In this document: in pieces, positions 1 through 8,839 of the stretch
Position numbering within the stretch: position 1 is the first letter of the stretch
How the letters are laid out: every line of letters starts with the position of its first letter
Assembly: GCA_018830135.1 (NCBI GenBank)
Contig: JAHJTB010000059.1
Span: 1 to 61,131, forward strand
Direction of reading: 5' to 3'
From: Pseudomonadota bacterium
GTDB taxonomy: Bacteria; Desulfobacterota; Desulfarculia; Adiutricales; JAGVGV01
DNA: 61,131 nucleotides
Program-made: the position numbers and the translations under genes
The notes under the pieces: model-generated
What the model was told of the DNA's origin: nothing
Databases searched by the model: none
The model's input: the letters and a program-made list of their open reading frames with translations, nothing else

Positions 1-143
1 ACCAGAATGGACCGGGCCCCGGTGTAGAAGTCCTCGATGCTGTTAATCAGGCCCATGTCCAGGGCTTTTTGCAGCCGCAGGAACGCGGTCGGTGAAACCG
101 GCACGCCATGATCCCTTAGCAAATAAAAGAAGTCGACGAACAT
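1..143 (-). CDS. VWA domain-containing protein (CoxE-like), N-terminal fragment running off the window
   Basis: Too short for the ORF track. Minus-strand ATG at 141-143 reads MFVDFFYLLRDHGVPVSPTAFLRLQKALDMGLINSIEDFYTGARSILV... This matches the conserved N-terminus of VWA/CoxE partners encoded after MoxR/CoxD ATPases. It starts 22 nt after the MoxR stop. Confidence 0.6.
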   Translation of the reverse strand, partial: MFVDFFYLLRDHGVPVSPTAFLRLQKALDMGLINSIEDFYTGARSIL

Positions 144-165
144 CTCCCCCAGCCCTTGTCCGACG

Positions 166-1014
166 TTAACGTTTCAGGCGTGCGACCTGACGGGTCGCCT
201 GCTGGTGGTCGGAACTCTTCTTGAACAGCACGCCGAGGTAGGGCACGCTGCCCAAGACCAGGTCCTTGGTCTTGAAGTCCGGGTCCATGGTCAGGGCCCG
301 AATCCAGTTGATCAGCTCGCGGGTGGCCGGCTTCTTCTCGATGTTCTGGAACTCGCGCAGCCGATAAAAGGTGTTGATGGTCGCTTCGGCCAGGTTTTCG
401 TCCAGGTCCGGGAAGTGGACGTTGATGATGGCCCGCATCATGTCCGCGTCGGGAAAGGCGATGTGGTGGAAGTTGCAGCGGCCGAGGAACGGGTCGGAGA
501 GGTCCTTTTTGGCGTTCGAGGTGATGACGATGACCGGCCGGCACTGGGCCCGGATGGTCTTGTCGATCTCCTGAATGTCGAAGGACATCTGGTCCAGAAC
601 GTCGAGCATGTCGTCCTGGAAGTCGGTGTCGGCCTTGTCGATTTCGTCGATGAGCAGGACGACCCGCTTGTCGGTGGTGAAGGACTGGCCGATCTTGCCC
701 ATGCGGATGTAGTCCTCGATGTTGGACACGTTCCGGTTCGAATCGCCGAATCGGCTGTCGTTGAGCCGGGTCAGTGTGTCGTACTGGTAGAGGCTGTCCA
801 CCAGCTTCATGCTGGATTTGACGTTAAGCACGATCAGGGGCATGCCCAAGGCCTCGGCAATGGCGTAGGCCAGCATGGTCTTGCCCGTTCCGGGTTCTCC
901 CTTGAGAAGCAGCGGCATCTCCAGGGCCATGGAGATGTTGATGATCTTGGCCAGCTCACTGTCCAGGACGTATTTGCTCGCGCCCGTGAAAGTCTGTCCC
1001 TCTTGGCTTGTCAT
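166..1014 (-). CDS. MoxR/CoxD-like AAA+ ATPase
   Basis: 282-aa ORF. Walker A GEPGTGKT and Walker B VVLLIDEIDKAD. GGAGA Shine-Dalgarno 8 nt upstream of ATG 1014. Followed by a VWA partner gene. Confidence 0.85.
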   Translation of the reverse strand: MTSQEGQTFTGASKYVLDSELAKIINISMALEMPLLLKGEPGTGKTMLAYAIAEALGMPLIVLNVKSSMKLVDSLYQYDTLTRLNDSRFGDSNRNVSNIEDYIRMGKIGQSFTTDKRVVLLIDEIDKADTDFQDDMLDVLDQMSFDIQEIDKTIRAQCRPVIVITSNAKKDLSDPFLGRCNFHHIAFPDADMMRAIINVHFPDLDENLAEATINTFYRLREFQNIEKKPATRELINWIRALTMDPDFKTKDLVLGSVPYLGVLFKKSSDHQQATRQVARLKR

Positions 1015-1316
1015 AAATTATTTCTCCCTGTTATCTGGTGGGGCTCCCAAAAGCCCTTATCCTCCATATTATCAGGATATCGATATTATCCCGGCCCGCT
1101 ACTGTCAAGTATTTTATTTTCAATTTTTTTTAACTATAATTTACGCGTTCGGCGGCAAGGACGATCCGCATGTCATTTTAGCCATGGACAGGGGCATATC
1201 TGGATTCCTGCCGCCAAGGGCCGCCCCCGGATTTCAGGGGGCGGCAGCCGAGTTTCGACTCGCCTTGACACCCGCGTCCGGGCTATAATACGTTTGACTC
1301 CCGCGGAGGCGAACGC

Positions 1317-1805
1317 GTGACTGAAAACCACGGGGACGAGCTGACCCCCTTGGAAAAAAAGCTGATTCACGAACTGGGCGGCGACATGGGTGACGGCCCC
1401 AGACCCTTTGCCGATCTGGGGCGCCGGGTCGGCCTGGATGAGGACCGGGTCGTGGCCATGATCCGGGGTCTGCGGGAGCGGGGCTTTCTGCGACGCTTCG
1501 GGGCCACGCTACGGCACCAGCGTTCCGGGTTCACGGCCAACGCCATGGTGGCCTGGCAGGTCGAGCCGGCACGCATCGAGGAGGTCGGCCGAATCATGGC
1601 CGCCTTCGACGAGGTGACCCATTGCTATCAACGGCGGACCACACCCGGCTGGTCCCGGAACCTGTACACCATGATCCATGCCGCCACACCCGAGGAATGC
1701 CGGATACTGGCCGAGAAAATGGCCCGAACGGCCGGTGTCGCGGACTATGAACTCCTTTTCAGCAACGAGGAACTCAAAAAGACATCCATGAGGTATTTCA
1801 AATGA
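1317..1805 (+). CDS. siroheme decarboxylase subunit (AhbA/AhbB, NirD/NirL-like Lrp/AsnC-fold protein)
   Basis: 162 aa, GTG start with GGAGG 7 nt upstream. N-terminal HTH followed by an AhbA/NirD-like domain ([27 protein letters not shown]). ATGA overlap with hemL places it in a haem operon. Confidence 0.65.
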   Translation: MTENHGDELTPLEKKLIHELGGDMGDGPRPFADLGRRVGLDEDRVVAMIRGLRERGFLRRFGATLRHQRSGFTANAMVAWQVEPARIEEVGRIMAAFDEVTHCYQRRTTPGWSRNLYTMIHAATPEECRILAEKMARTAGVADYELLFSNEELKKTSMRYFK

Positions 1806-3088
1806 GCCAGGACAATTCCCGGAAACTTTTCGAGGAGGCCCGGCGGATCATCCCCGGCGGGGTCAACAGCCCGGTCCGGGCCTGCCGGTCCGTGGGGGCC
1901 GAGCCTCTTTTTATCGCTCGAGGGCAGGGCGCTCGAATCTGGGACGCGGACGGCCGGGAATACCTGGATTACGTGGGGTCCTGGGGACCGCTCATCCTGG
2001 GCCACGCCCACCCGGCCGTCCTGGCCGCCCTGGGCGAGACCATGGCCTCCGGTACCAGCTTCGGCGCGCCTACGGCGCTCGAATGCGACATGGCCCGCCT
2101 GCTGGTCGATTGCGTCCCCTCCATGGACATGGTCCGCCTGGTCAACTCCGGGACCGAGGCGACCATGAGCGCCATCCGCCTGGCCCGGGGCGTGACAGGC
2201 CGGTCCAGGATAGTCAAGTTCGACGGCTGCTACCATGGCCACGCCGACAGCCTGCTGGTGGCGGCCGGTTCCGGCGTGGCCACCCTGGGCATTCCGGGCA
2301 GCCCGGGTGTGCCCGAGGAAATCGCCGGCCTGACCCTGTCCCTGCCCTACAACGATCTGGAGGCGGTTCGGGCGGCCTTTGAAAAATACGACGGCCAGAT
2401 CGCAACGGTCATCGTCGAGCCGGTGGCGGGCAACATGGGCGTGGTCCCGCCCCGGGAGGACTTCCTGCCCGGACTGGCCGAACTGACCCGGACCCATGGC
2501 GCCCTGCTGATCTTCGACGAGGTCATCACCGGCTTCCGGCTCGGACTGGGCGGCGCCCAGGCCCGGTACGGTCTGGACCCGGACCTGACCTGCCTGGGCA
2601 AGATCATCGGCGGCGGCCTGCCCGTGGGCGCCTTTGGCGGCAAAAAGGCGATCATGTCCCGGCTGGCCCCCGAAGGGGACGTCTATCAGGCCGGGACCCT
2701 GTCCGGCAATCCCCTGGCCATGGCCGCCGGCCGGGCGGCCATCGAAACCCTCCGGGCCGACCCCGGATTATACGACCGGCTGGAACAGACATCCGCGGCC
2801 CTGGCCGAAGGGCTGATCGAGCGCGCCCGCAAGCAGGGCCTGGAGGTGTCCGGCAACCGGGTCGGCTCCATGTCCACTCTGTTTTTCAATCCCGGGCCGG
2901 TCACCGATTATGCTTCGGCCCTCCGGTCCGACACCACCCGGTACGGCCGGTTCTACCGGGCCATGCGGGAGCGGGGCGTTTATCTGGCCCCCTCCCAGTT
3001 CGAGGCGACCATGGTTTCGACCGCCCACGGACTCGGTGAAGTGGACCAGACCCTGGCCGTTGCGGATCAAATTTTTAAATATTTGTAA
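1802..3088 (+). CDS. hemL: glutamate-1-semialdehyde 2,1-aminomutase
   Basis: 428 aa. Motifs [18 protein letters not shown] and [16 protein letters not shown] (PLP lysine region) are typical of HemL. Confidence 0.95.
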   Translation: MSQDNSRKLFEEARRIIPGGVNSPVRACRSVGAEPLFIARGQGARIWDADGREYLDYVGSWGPLILGHAHPAVLAALGETMASGTSFGAPTALECDMARLLVDCVPSMDMVRLVNSGTEATMSAIRLARGVTGRSRIVKFDGCYHGHADSLLVAAGSGVATLGIPGSPGVPEEIAGLTLSLPYNDLEAVRAAFEKYDGQIATVIVEPVAGNMGVVPPREDFLPGLAELTRTHGALLIFDEVITGFRLGLGGAQARYGLDPDLTCLGKIIGGGLPVGAFGGKKAIMSRLAPEGDVYQAGTLSGNPLAMAAGRAAIETLRADPGLYDRLEQTSAALAEGLIERARKQGLEVSGNRVGSMSTLFFNPGPVTDYASALRSDTTRYGRFYRAMRERGVYLAPSQFEATMVSTAHGLGEVDQTLAVADQIFKYL

Positions 3089-3160
3089 TCATTATATTAA
3101 TGTGCGTTGTGGGCCGGGAGGGAGCCTCGGGCCGATCGACCGGTCAAGGGGAAAAAAAAG

Positions 3161-3189
3161 TTGACTTGCGGGCGGCCCATGTGTTAGGT
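3161..3189 (+). promoter_or_regulatory. candidate sigma-70 promoter of the atpZ-I-B-E operon
   Basis: TTGACT (3161-3166), 17-nt spacer, TTAGGT (3184-3189). Preceded by an A8 tract (3152-3159) that could act as an UP element. The -10 hexamer is weak. Confidence 0.35.
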
Positions 3190-3193
3190 GACT

Positions 3194-3211
3194 ATGTGAT
3201 TGTTTACACGA
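3194..3211. promoter_or_regulatory. candidate Rex operator at the atp promoter
   Basis: ATGTGAT-TGTT-TACACGA matches the canonical Rex operator TTGTGAA-N4-TTCACAA at 10 of 14 half-site positions. It lies immediately downstream of the putative -10. rex is encoded right after this operon. Confidence 0.35.
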
Positions 3212-3277
3212 TCCCATGAATCTCGCGTTTTTGAGGAAAAGAAGTAAAACCCAGGGGATCTGGCCCACAGGCGCCGG

Positions 3278-3514
3278 ATGAGAAAAAGCACCAGGGATTC
3301 ATTCAGGCTCCTGGCCGTCGCCAGCACGATGGGGCTGGCCATGGTGATATCGACCGTTCTCGGTCTGGCCCTGGGATATGTCTTGGATCATTATGTTTTT
3401 CATACGGAACCGGTGCTGACCCTGGTCTTCCTCGTCCTGGGCATCATCGGAGGGTTTCGGAACTTGTACATTCTGACCAAACGGATCCAACGGATGGAAA
3501 AGGAGGCCGAATGA
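3278..3514 (+). CDS. AtpZ/AtpI-family small membrane protein (ATP synthase accessory)
   Basis: 78 aa with two TM helices. Pattern LGLALGYVLDHYVFHTEPVLTLVFLVLGIIGGFRNLY is typical of AtpZ. First gene of the atp F0 cluster. Confidence 0.7.
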   Translation: MRKSTRDSFRLLAVASTMGLAMVISTVLGLALGYVLDHYVFHTEPVLTLVFLVLGIIGGFRNLYILTKRIQRMEKEAE

Positions 3515-3915
3515 TCGGCCAGGACGAGCGGGACCTCGTCATCCGGCTCAATCTGAACTGTTGGGTACTGCTGACCGCGGTGTTGCTGGGCTCGGTGCTT
3601 TATCTGCCGTTGCATCTGATCCCCGGCGTTGCCGTTGGAGGGCTCATGGTCACGGGGAACCTGTTTCTGTTGTTCCGGGTCGTGGACAAGGCCCTCAAGC
3701 TGGGCAGCAAGATCGAGCCCAAGGACGTGCTGCCCCGATACTATGTGACTTTCATCGGGACGTGCGTCCTCATATTCATCCTGATTTCCCAGCGTCTGGT
3801 CGACGAACTGGGGCTTCTGCTGGGTCTGGCCACCTTTGTCCTGGGCCTGTTCGCGCTGGTGGTCGAGCTGGCGGGTCGAATCGTTTACAAGACCATTACC
3901 AAGGAGGCGGTCTGA
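3511..3915 (+). CDS. atpI: ATP synthase subunit I-like membrane protein
   Basis: 134 aa, hydrophobic with about 4 TM helices. ATGA overlap with the preceding gene. Lies directly upstream of atpB. Confidence 0.55.
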   Translation: MIGQDERDLVIRLNLNCWVLLTAVLLGSVLYLPLHLIPGVAVGGLMVTGNLFLLFRVVDKALKLGSKIEPKDVLPRYYVTFIGTCVLIFILISQRLVDELGLLLGLATFVLGLFALVVELAGRIVYKTITKEAV

Positions 3916-3918
3916 AAT

Positions 3919-4608
3919 ATGGAACATCCATTCATGATCCTGGTAGCGATACTGGAAACCATCGGCCTGGGCCATTTCGCCCACGCCTATCCTCACGTGC
4001 TCTATACGTGGCTGGTCATGGTCGTTCTGATTATTTTGGCCTGGCTGGCCGGTCGGAACACCCAGATGATCCCGGGCAAGATGCAGAACGTCTTCGAAGT
4101 CGTCCTGGACGGCATCGAAGGCTTCCAGGTCGACATGATGGGTGAGGAAGGCCGGCCGTATTTTCCCCTGATCGCCACGATCGGCATCTACATTTTCATC
4201 TCCAACACCATGGGACTCATTCCGGGGATGATGTCGCCGACCTCCAATATCAACACCACTCTGTCCTGCGCCATCGTGACCTTCGTGGCGACCCACTATG
4301 TGGGCATCAAGTGCCACGGCCTCAAGTACGTCAAGCATTTCATGGGACCGCTTTTGCCTCTGGCCCCCTTGATGATCCCCATTGAAATCATCAGCCACCT
4401 GGCCCGGGTGCTGTCCCTGACGCTTCGTCTTTTCGGCAACATCATGGGGGAAGACCTGGTGTTGGCGATTCTGTTCATCCTCTTCGGTCAGTATTTCGTG
4501 CCGCTGCCCATGATGTTCCTGGGGCTGTTCACCAGCTTCGTCCAGGCCTTTATTTTCGCCCTGCTGTCCATGCTTTACATCAGCGGGGCCCTGGAGGAGG
4601 CCCACTAA
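3919..4608 (+). CDS. atpB: F0F1 ATP synthase subunit a
   Basis: 229 aa. Conserved subunit-a C-terminal region LSLTLRLFGNIMGED with the essential Arg. Confidence 0.9.
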   Translation: MEHPFMILVAILETIGLGHFAHAYPHVLYTWLVMVVLIILAWLAGRNTQMIPGKMQNVFEVVLDGIEGFQVDMMGEEGRPYFPLIATIGIYIFISNTMGLIPGMMSPTSNINTTLSCAIVTFVATHYVGIKCHGLKYVKHFMGPLLPLAPLMIPIEIISHLARVLSLTLRLFGNIMGEDLVLAILFILFGQYFVPLPMMFLGLFTSFVQAFIFALLSMLYISGALEEAH

Positions 4609-4683
4609 GGTTCCCGAGCCCCGGTTTCGGCCGGGGACAAAATAGGAAGAAGGCATATTGAAAGAAAGGAGATTGAGGAAATC

Positions 4684-5055
4684 ATGAAGAAATCCGTTAC
4701 CACGTTCTTGCTGGCCTGTGCGCTGGTGCTGGGTACGGCCGCCATGGCCCTGGCCGCGGACGCCGAGGTCCAGGTCGCCGGGTTGAAGGTCTTCCAATGG
4801 ACGATCATCGCCGCCGGCTTCGGCATCGCCATTGCGGCCTTCGGCACCGGCCTGGCCCAGGGCAATGCCATCCGGGGCGCCGTGGAAGGCACGGCCCGCA
4901 ACCCCGAGGCTTCCGGGAAGATCACCGTGACCATGATCATCGGTCTGGCCCTGATCGAGTCGCTGTGTATTTACGCCCTGGTCGTGGCCTTGATTCTGCT
5001 CTACGCGTACCCGATGGCTCTGCCCATCGCCAAGATGCTGGGGCTGCCGGTCTAA
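4684..5055 (+). CDS. atpE: F0F1 ATP synthase subunit c with N-terminal signal-peptide-like extension
   Basis: 123 aa. The C-terminal ~80 aa is a canonical c-subunit hairpin ([21 protein letters not shown] ... [12 protein letters not shown] with the carboxylate Glu). The N-terminus [28 protein letters not shown] looks like a cleavable signal. AAGGAG Shine-Dalgarno lies before ATG 4684. Confidence 0.9.
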   Translation: MKKSVTTFLLACALVLGTAAMALAADAEVQVAGLKVFQWTIIAAGFGIAIAAFGTGLAQGNAIRGAVEGTARNPEASGKITVTMIIGLALIESLCIYALVVALILLYAYPMALPIAKMLGLPV

Positions 5056-5063
5056 TCCGGATT

Positions 5064-5117
5064 GCGCGTCGGAAATCCGGGTGGCCCGGATTTCCGACGC
5101 GCGGGCAAATTTTTTTT
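5064..5117 (+). terminator. rho-independent terminator after atpE
   Basis: Perfect 18-bp stem GCGCGTCGGAAATCCGGG (5064-5081) paired with CCCGGATTTCCGACGCGC (5085-5102). The loop is 3 nt. After a 7-nt spacer comes a T8 run (5110-5117). Confidence 0.85.
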
Positions 5118-5125
5118 GTTTCCGC

Positions 5126-5143
5126 ATGTTATAGCATTCACAA
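5126..5143. promoter_or_regulatory. candidate Rex operator upstream of rex (autoregulation)
   Basis: ATGTTAT-AGCA-TTCACAA. The right half-site is perfect and the left matches 4 of 7. It ends 27 nt upstream of the rex ATG. Confidence 0.3.
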
Positions 5144-5170
5144 TCGGATTGACTCCGAACCGGACTTGAT

Positions 5171-5803
5171 ATGAAGTTCTCCAAGATTCCAGCGGCGACC
5201 ATCACTCGGCTCTCGATGTACTCCAGGAACCTGGAGGAGCTGCTGGCCGAGGACGTCAAAGTCATCTCCTCGGAGAAACTCGCCGAGCGCTGCGGCGTGA
5301 ATTCAGCCCAGATTCGCAAGGATGTGGCGTATTTTGGTGAGTTCGGCGTCCGAGGGGTTGGCTATTACGTTCGCGACCTGCTTTTCGAGATCAAGAAGAT
5401 TCTGGGCCTGAACAAGGAATGGAACCTAGCTCTCGTGGGCATCGGCAATCTGGGTTCGGCCCTGATCGCCCATGAGAATTTCGCCCGGCAGGGCTATCGG
5501 TTCGTGGCCGCTTTTGACAACGATCCCCACAAGATCGGCAAGAAGCTTCTGAGCGGTTTGCTTGTCGACCGTATTGACGACCTCAAGAAAGTCAAGGCGC
5601 GGTGCAATATCGAAATCGGAGTGATTTCCACGCCGGCCTCCAAGGCCCAGGAAGTCGCCAATCGCCTTATCGAGGCTGATGTGCGCGCTATGCTCAACTT
5701 CGCCCCGATCCAGATTCAGGTTCCCAAGGGCTTCTCGGTGGAAAATGTGGATTTTACTGTTAAACTTGACAATTTGGCCTATCATCTGACAACGGAAGGC
5801 TGA
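5171..5803 (+). CDS. rex: redox-sensing transcriptional repressor Rex
   Basis: 210 aa. N-terminal winged helix (IPAATITRLSMYSRNL, SSEKLAERCGVNSAQIRKDVAYFGEFGVRGVGY) plus a Rossmann NADH domain (LVGIGNLGSAL). Confidence 0.9.
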   Translation: MKFSKIPAATITRLSMYSRNLEELLAEDVKVISSEKLAERCGVNSAQIRKDVAYFGEFGVRGVGYYVRDLLFEIKKILGLNKEWNLALVGIGNLGSALIAHENFARQGYRFVAAFDNDPHKIGKKLLSGLLVDRIDDLKKVKARCNIEIGVISTPASKAQEVANRLIEADVRAMLNFAPIQIQVPKGFSVENVDFTVKLDNLAYHLTTEG

Positions 5804-5828
5804 ACGGATACCCCAGGTAAGGCGATGG

Positions 5829-5858
5829 AGGGGGCGGGCCCTTCGGGACCCGCCCCTT
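5829..5858. terminator. GC-rich hairpin between convergent rex and the molybdopterin-binding gene (possible bidirectional terminator)
   Basis: AGGGGGCGGGCCC-TTCG-GGACCCGCCCCTT gives a 13-position stem with one mismatch. It is followed by ACTATTTAT on the plus strand. There is no strong T tract. Confidence 0.45.
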
Positions 5859-5880
5859 ACTATTTATGCATACGACCGGT

Positions 5881-6939
5881 TCAACCGGTCTTGCCGAATG
5901 GGCAGACAGGATAGCGGCACTCGGGGCAGGACAGGCAGAGCCCGCCGTGGGACATGGCCGCCAGGTCCCGCCGGGTCAGGGACTCGCCGGCCAGAATCCG
6001 GGGCAGGACCAGGTCGAAGATGGTCTGGTCGTGATGGATGACGCAGGCCGGCACCCCGATGACCGGGACGTTCCGGACCCGGGCCAGCATGAGCATGGCC
6101 CCGGGCAACACGGCGGACCCGTACAAGACGTCGCGGGCCCCGGCCTTGATCACGCCCAGGCGCGTGACGTCGTCCGGATCGACGGACATGCCGCCGGTGG
6201 CCACCACCAGGCCGGCTCCGGCGGAAATGAGTTCCAGGAGGCGGGCGGCGATAAAGTCCGGGTCATCCGGGGCGAAAACCGTCTCCAGCATTCGTGCCCC
6301 CAGGGCCTCGATTTTGGGGACCAGGGACGGGGCGGCCCGGTCCTGGATCAAACCGGTGTAGACTTCGTTGCCGGTCACGATGAGGCCGACTTCGGTACTA
6401 TCCAGTTTTCGGACGCTGAAAACGCCTCCGGCCCGTCGGGCCTCATCGGCCGCGCGATCGACCATATCCCGTTCGATGACCAGGGGAATGGCCCGGGTGC
6501 CGGCCAGCGTCTCGCCGCGCCGGACCAGGGTGTTGGTGTGACGGCTGGCGCACATGACGCCTTCGACCAGGTTGAATTCGGTCAGGGCCGCCACGTCGAC
6601 CTTGAACAGGCCGTCCCGTTCCGCGATCAGGTTGATCTTGCCCTCCGACGGATGGGGATCGTAGGTGACCCCCCCACCGGCCAGGGCCTCGGCCAGCACC
6701 AGGACGGCGTCGTCTTCATGCAACATGTCCGGGGGCAGGTCGAGCACGTGAAGATGACGTTTGCCCAGACGGGTCAGGTGATCCAGGTCCGCCTCGGTCA
6801 CCACGTGGCCTTTTTTGAAGGCCGCCCCCTTGAATTCACCGGGGCGGATTTCGGTGATGTCGTGGGCCAAAACCGATCCGACCGCCTCGGACAGGGTGAT
6901 CGTTCGCCCCCGATTCCCGTTAGATAAGGACTGACACAT
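5881..6939 (-). CDS. molybdopterin-binding (MoaB/MogA/MoeA-type MoCF domain) protein
   Basis: The track ORF is 383 aa. I chose ATG 6939 (MCQSLS...) because it forms an ATGA overlap with the fmdE stop. MoCF-type region GLIVTGNEVYTG ... LVVATGGMSVDPDD. C-terminal Cys cluster CLSCPECRYPVCP. Confidence 0.6.
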   Translation of the reverse strand: MCQSLSNGNRGRTITLSEAVGSVLAHDITEIRPGEFKGAAFKKGHVVTEADLDHLTRLGKRHLHVLDLPPDMLHEDDAVLVLAEALAGGGVTYDPHPSEGKINLIAERDGLFKVDVAALTEFNLVEGVMCASRHTNTLVRRGETLAGTRAIPLVIERDMVDRAADEARRAGGVFSVRKLDSTEVGLIVTGNEVYTGLIQDRAAPSLVPKIEALGARMLETVFAPDDPDFIAARLLELISAGAGLVVATGGMSVDPDDVTRLGVIKAGARDVLYGSAVLPGAMLMLARVRNVPVIGVPACVIHHDQTIFDLVLPRILAGESLTRRDLAAMSHGGLCLSCPECRYPVCPFGKTG

Positions 6940-7577
6940 CAAACCCTCCCCGGCCGGGATGGATCGAGTGCATCCAGGCCTTCCACCGGTCCCAGGCGTT
7001 CGAAATAGGCCAGGCCGGCACAGACCGGACACAGGGTCCGGCCATGGGACACGACTTCCCGCCGATTACGAATCATGGCCCCGCAGACATCGCACAGGGC
7101 CTTTTCTCCCCGGTACCCGGGCAGTTCCTCCGGACGAAGCTCGACCCGGACCGATTCGACGGTGAAAATATCCTCGGCCCGCATGGCCTGGTAGGCTTCG
7201 ATCTCCCGCTGGACCGGGTCGATTACGTGGGGTAACAGCTCGGCGGCCCGATCCCGACAGTCCTCACGGACCGCGACACGGACCGCCCGGTCGTCGGGCA
7301 GGTGAACGAAGGTCGCGGCCATGAGGCCGAAGTCCTTGAACTTGAGCGAACGTCGGCCCAGCTTGACCCCGGTCACGGCGGTCAATGCGTCGGCGGCGCA
7401 ACGATCGATCTCGACGAATATCACGATCTTTTTGATGTCCGTTTCGTTCAAGGGCGCTTCGCAGCCCAACAGGGCCAGACCGAGCATGGCCATGCGCACG
7501 CCGAGGACCTGTCCCGGGCACATATGGCCGTGGGTCTTGGCCGAGAGTTGAAGGAGTTCGTTGAATGAGCGAGCCAT
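6939..7577 (-). CDS. FmdE family protein with C-terminal zinc ribbon
   Basis: 212 aa. THGHMCPGQVLGVRM and EIDRCAADAL are FmdE signatures. C-terminal CDVCG...CPVC. Confidence 0.8.
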   Translation of the reverse strand: MARSFNELLQLSAKTHGHMCPGQVLGVRMAMLGLALLGCEAPLNETDIKKIVIFVEIDRCAADALTAVTGVKLGRRSLKFKDFGLMAATFVHLPDDRAVRVAVREDCRDRAAELLPHVIDPVQREIEAYQAMRAEDIFTVESVRVELRPEELPGYRGEKALCDVCGAMIRNRREVVSHGRTLCPVCAGLAYFERLGPVEGLDALDPSRPGRV

Positions 7578-7643
7578 GATTATGTTAAATATAGCATATT
7601 AAAGGTCCAAAAATTAGCCGCTACCGAACGGCGTCTTTCTAAT

Positions 7644-7672
7644 ATTATGCAGCGTTCCGTTTCCGGCGTCAA
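7644..7672 (-). promoter_or_regulatory. candidate sigma-70 promoter for fmdE operon
   Basis: The minus strand reads TTGACG (7672-7667), a 17-nt spacer, then CATAAT (7649-7644). This is about 65 nt upstream of the fmdE ATG. Confidence 0.4.
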
Positions 7673-7824
7673 GCTTTTTTCAGTCAAGGGCAGCCATTCG
7701 TTCACTGAACAGGGGCCTTTTAGATTCCAGCCGCCTGTACGGCCTCGGGCCGAAGGACGACTCTACCGCCTGGCCGCCGCCAGTTCCGTAGCTCGGCGGC
7801 GGAGCCGAGGGCCGTTCGGTCGGT

Positions 7825-7854
7825 TTGACTTGGCCGGGAGCCCTGGCTTATAAA
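7825..7854 (+). promoter_or_regulatory. candidate sigma-70 promoter placed for a leaderless pfkB-kinase mRNA
   Basis: TTGACT (7825-7830), 18-nt spacer, TATAAA (7849-7854). The ATG is at 7860, only 5 nt after the -10. There is no Shine-Dalgarno, and an in-frame TAA sits at 7851-7853. Confidence 0.4.
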
Positions 7855-7859
7855 GAACC

Positions 7860-8810
7860 ATGATCCGACCTGACGCGGCATCGACCCGATTCGTTCTCGG
7901 CCTGGGGCAGGCCTCCCTGGACTACCTCGGCCTGGCGCCGGTTTATCCCGAGCGGGACGCCAAATGCGAGTTGGATCGACTGGAGGTTCAGGGTGGCGGG
8001 CCGGTGGCCACGGCGCTGGTGACCCTGAGTCGTCTGGGGCTGTCCACGGCATTTATCGGCGCCGTGGGAGACGATCTCGCCGGCCGGGCCATTCGCGCCG
8101 GTCTGATCGAGGAAGGGGTGGACGTGTCGGGGCTGTCCATGGTTCCGGGCGGAACGAGTCAGTTGGCCTTTATCGCCGTGGAGCGCTACAGCGGTTCCCG
8201 GACGATTTTCTGGCATCGGGGCCGGGGGACCGAACTGGGCGTTGGCCAGGTGGACCTGGAGGCGGTCGGCCGGGCCCGGCTGCTTCATCTGGACGGCCTG
8301 ATGCACGAGGCCTCCATGGTCGCGGCCCGGCGAGCCCGTGAGGCCGGAATTCCTGTGGTTTTCGATGCGGGCACCTTGCGGGATGGGTCTTTGGATTTGG
8401 CGGCCCGGACCGACTGCCTGATCTGTTCGGAACGGTTTTTCAGGGCCTTTCATCCCCGGGGGGATGTCGAGGCCGGCTTGGTCGGGTTGAGGGAACTGGG
8501 GCCGACGCGGGTGGTGGCGACGTTCGGGGCCCGAGGCAGTGTGGGCTTCGACGGCCGGATATTCCATCATCAGCCCGTGCTCGAGGTCCGGGTTCTGGAT
8601 ACCACGGGCGCGGGCGACGTGTATCACGGGGCCTTTATTTACGGTCTGTTGGCCGGGTGGGACCTGGCCGGCTGCATGCGTTTCGCTTCGGCAACGGCGG
8701 CCTTGAAGTGCGAGAAGATGGGCGGGCGGGCCGGGATACCCGATCTGGAGACGGTCCGGCGTTTTATGGGCCCGGGTTTTCCGGGTCGTGAACCGGGCTT
8801 GCCGGAATGA
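7860..8810 (+). CDS. PfkB-family carbohydrate kinase
   Basis: 316 aa. Ribokinase-like fold with C-terminal DTTGAGDVYHGAF anion-hole motif. Confidence 0.8.
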   Translation: MIRPDAASTRFVLGLGQASLDYLGLAPVYPERDAKCELDRLEVQGGGPVATALVTLSRLGLSTAFIGAVGDDLAGRAIRAGLIEEGVDVSGLSMVPGGTSQLAFIAVERYSGSRTIFWHRGRGTELGVGQVDLEAVGRARLLHLDGLMHEASMVAARRAREAGIPVVFDAGTLRDGSLDLAARTDCLICSERFFRAFHPRGDVEAGLVGLRELGPTRVVATFGARGSVGFDGRIFHHQPVLEVRVLDTTGAGDVYHGAFIYGLLAGWDLAGCMRFASATAALKCEKMGGRAGIPDLETVRRFMGPGFPGREPGLPE

Positions 8811-8839
8811 TCCGGGTCCCGTCCAAGGGGAGTGGCGTC

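Noticed and set aside
1265-1289. Perfect TTGACA and TATAAT hexamers upstream of the ahb-hemL genes, and a 9-bp GC hairpin at 1220-1245.
   Set aside because: The hexamers are separated by only 13 nt, too short for a canonical sigma-70 promoter. The hairpin has no T tract and no obvious function. I record both but do not call them features.
7578-7859. Possible molybdenum-cofactor (Moco) riboswitch upstream of fmdE and the molybdopterin-binding gene.
   Set aside because: The best promoter candidate leaves only a ~60-nt leader. I could not recognise the conserved Moco-motif core in it or in the remainder of the spacer. A covariance-model scan would be decisive.
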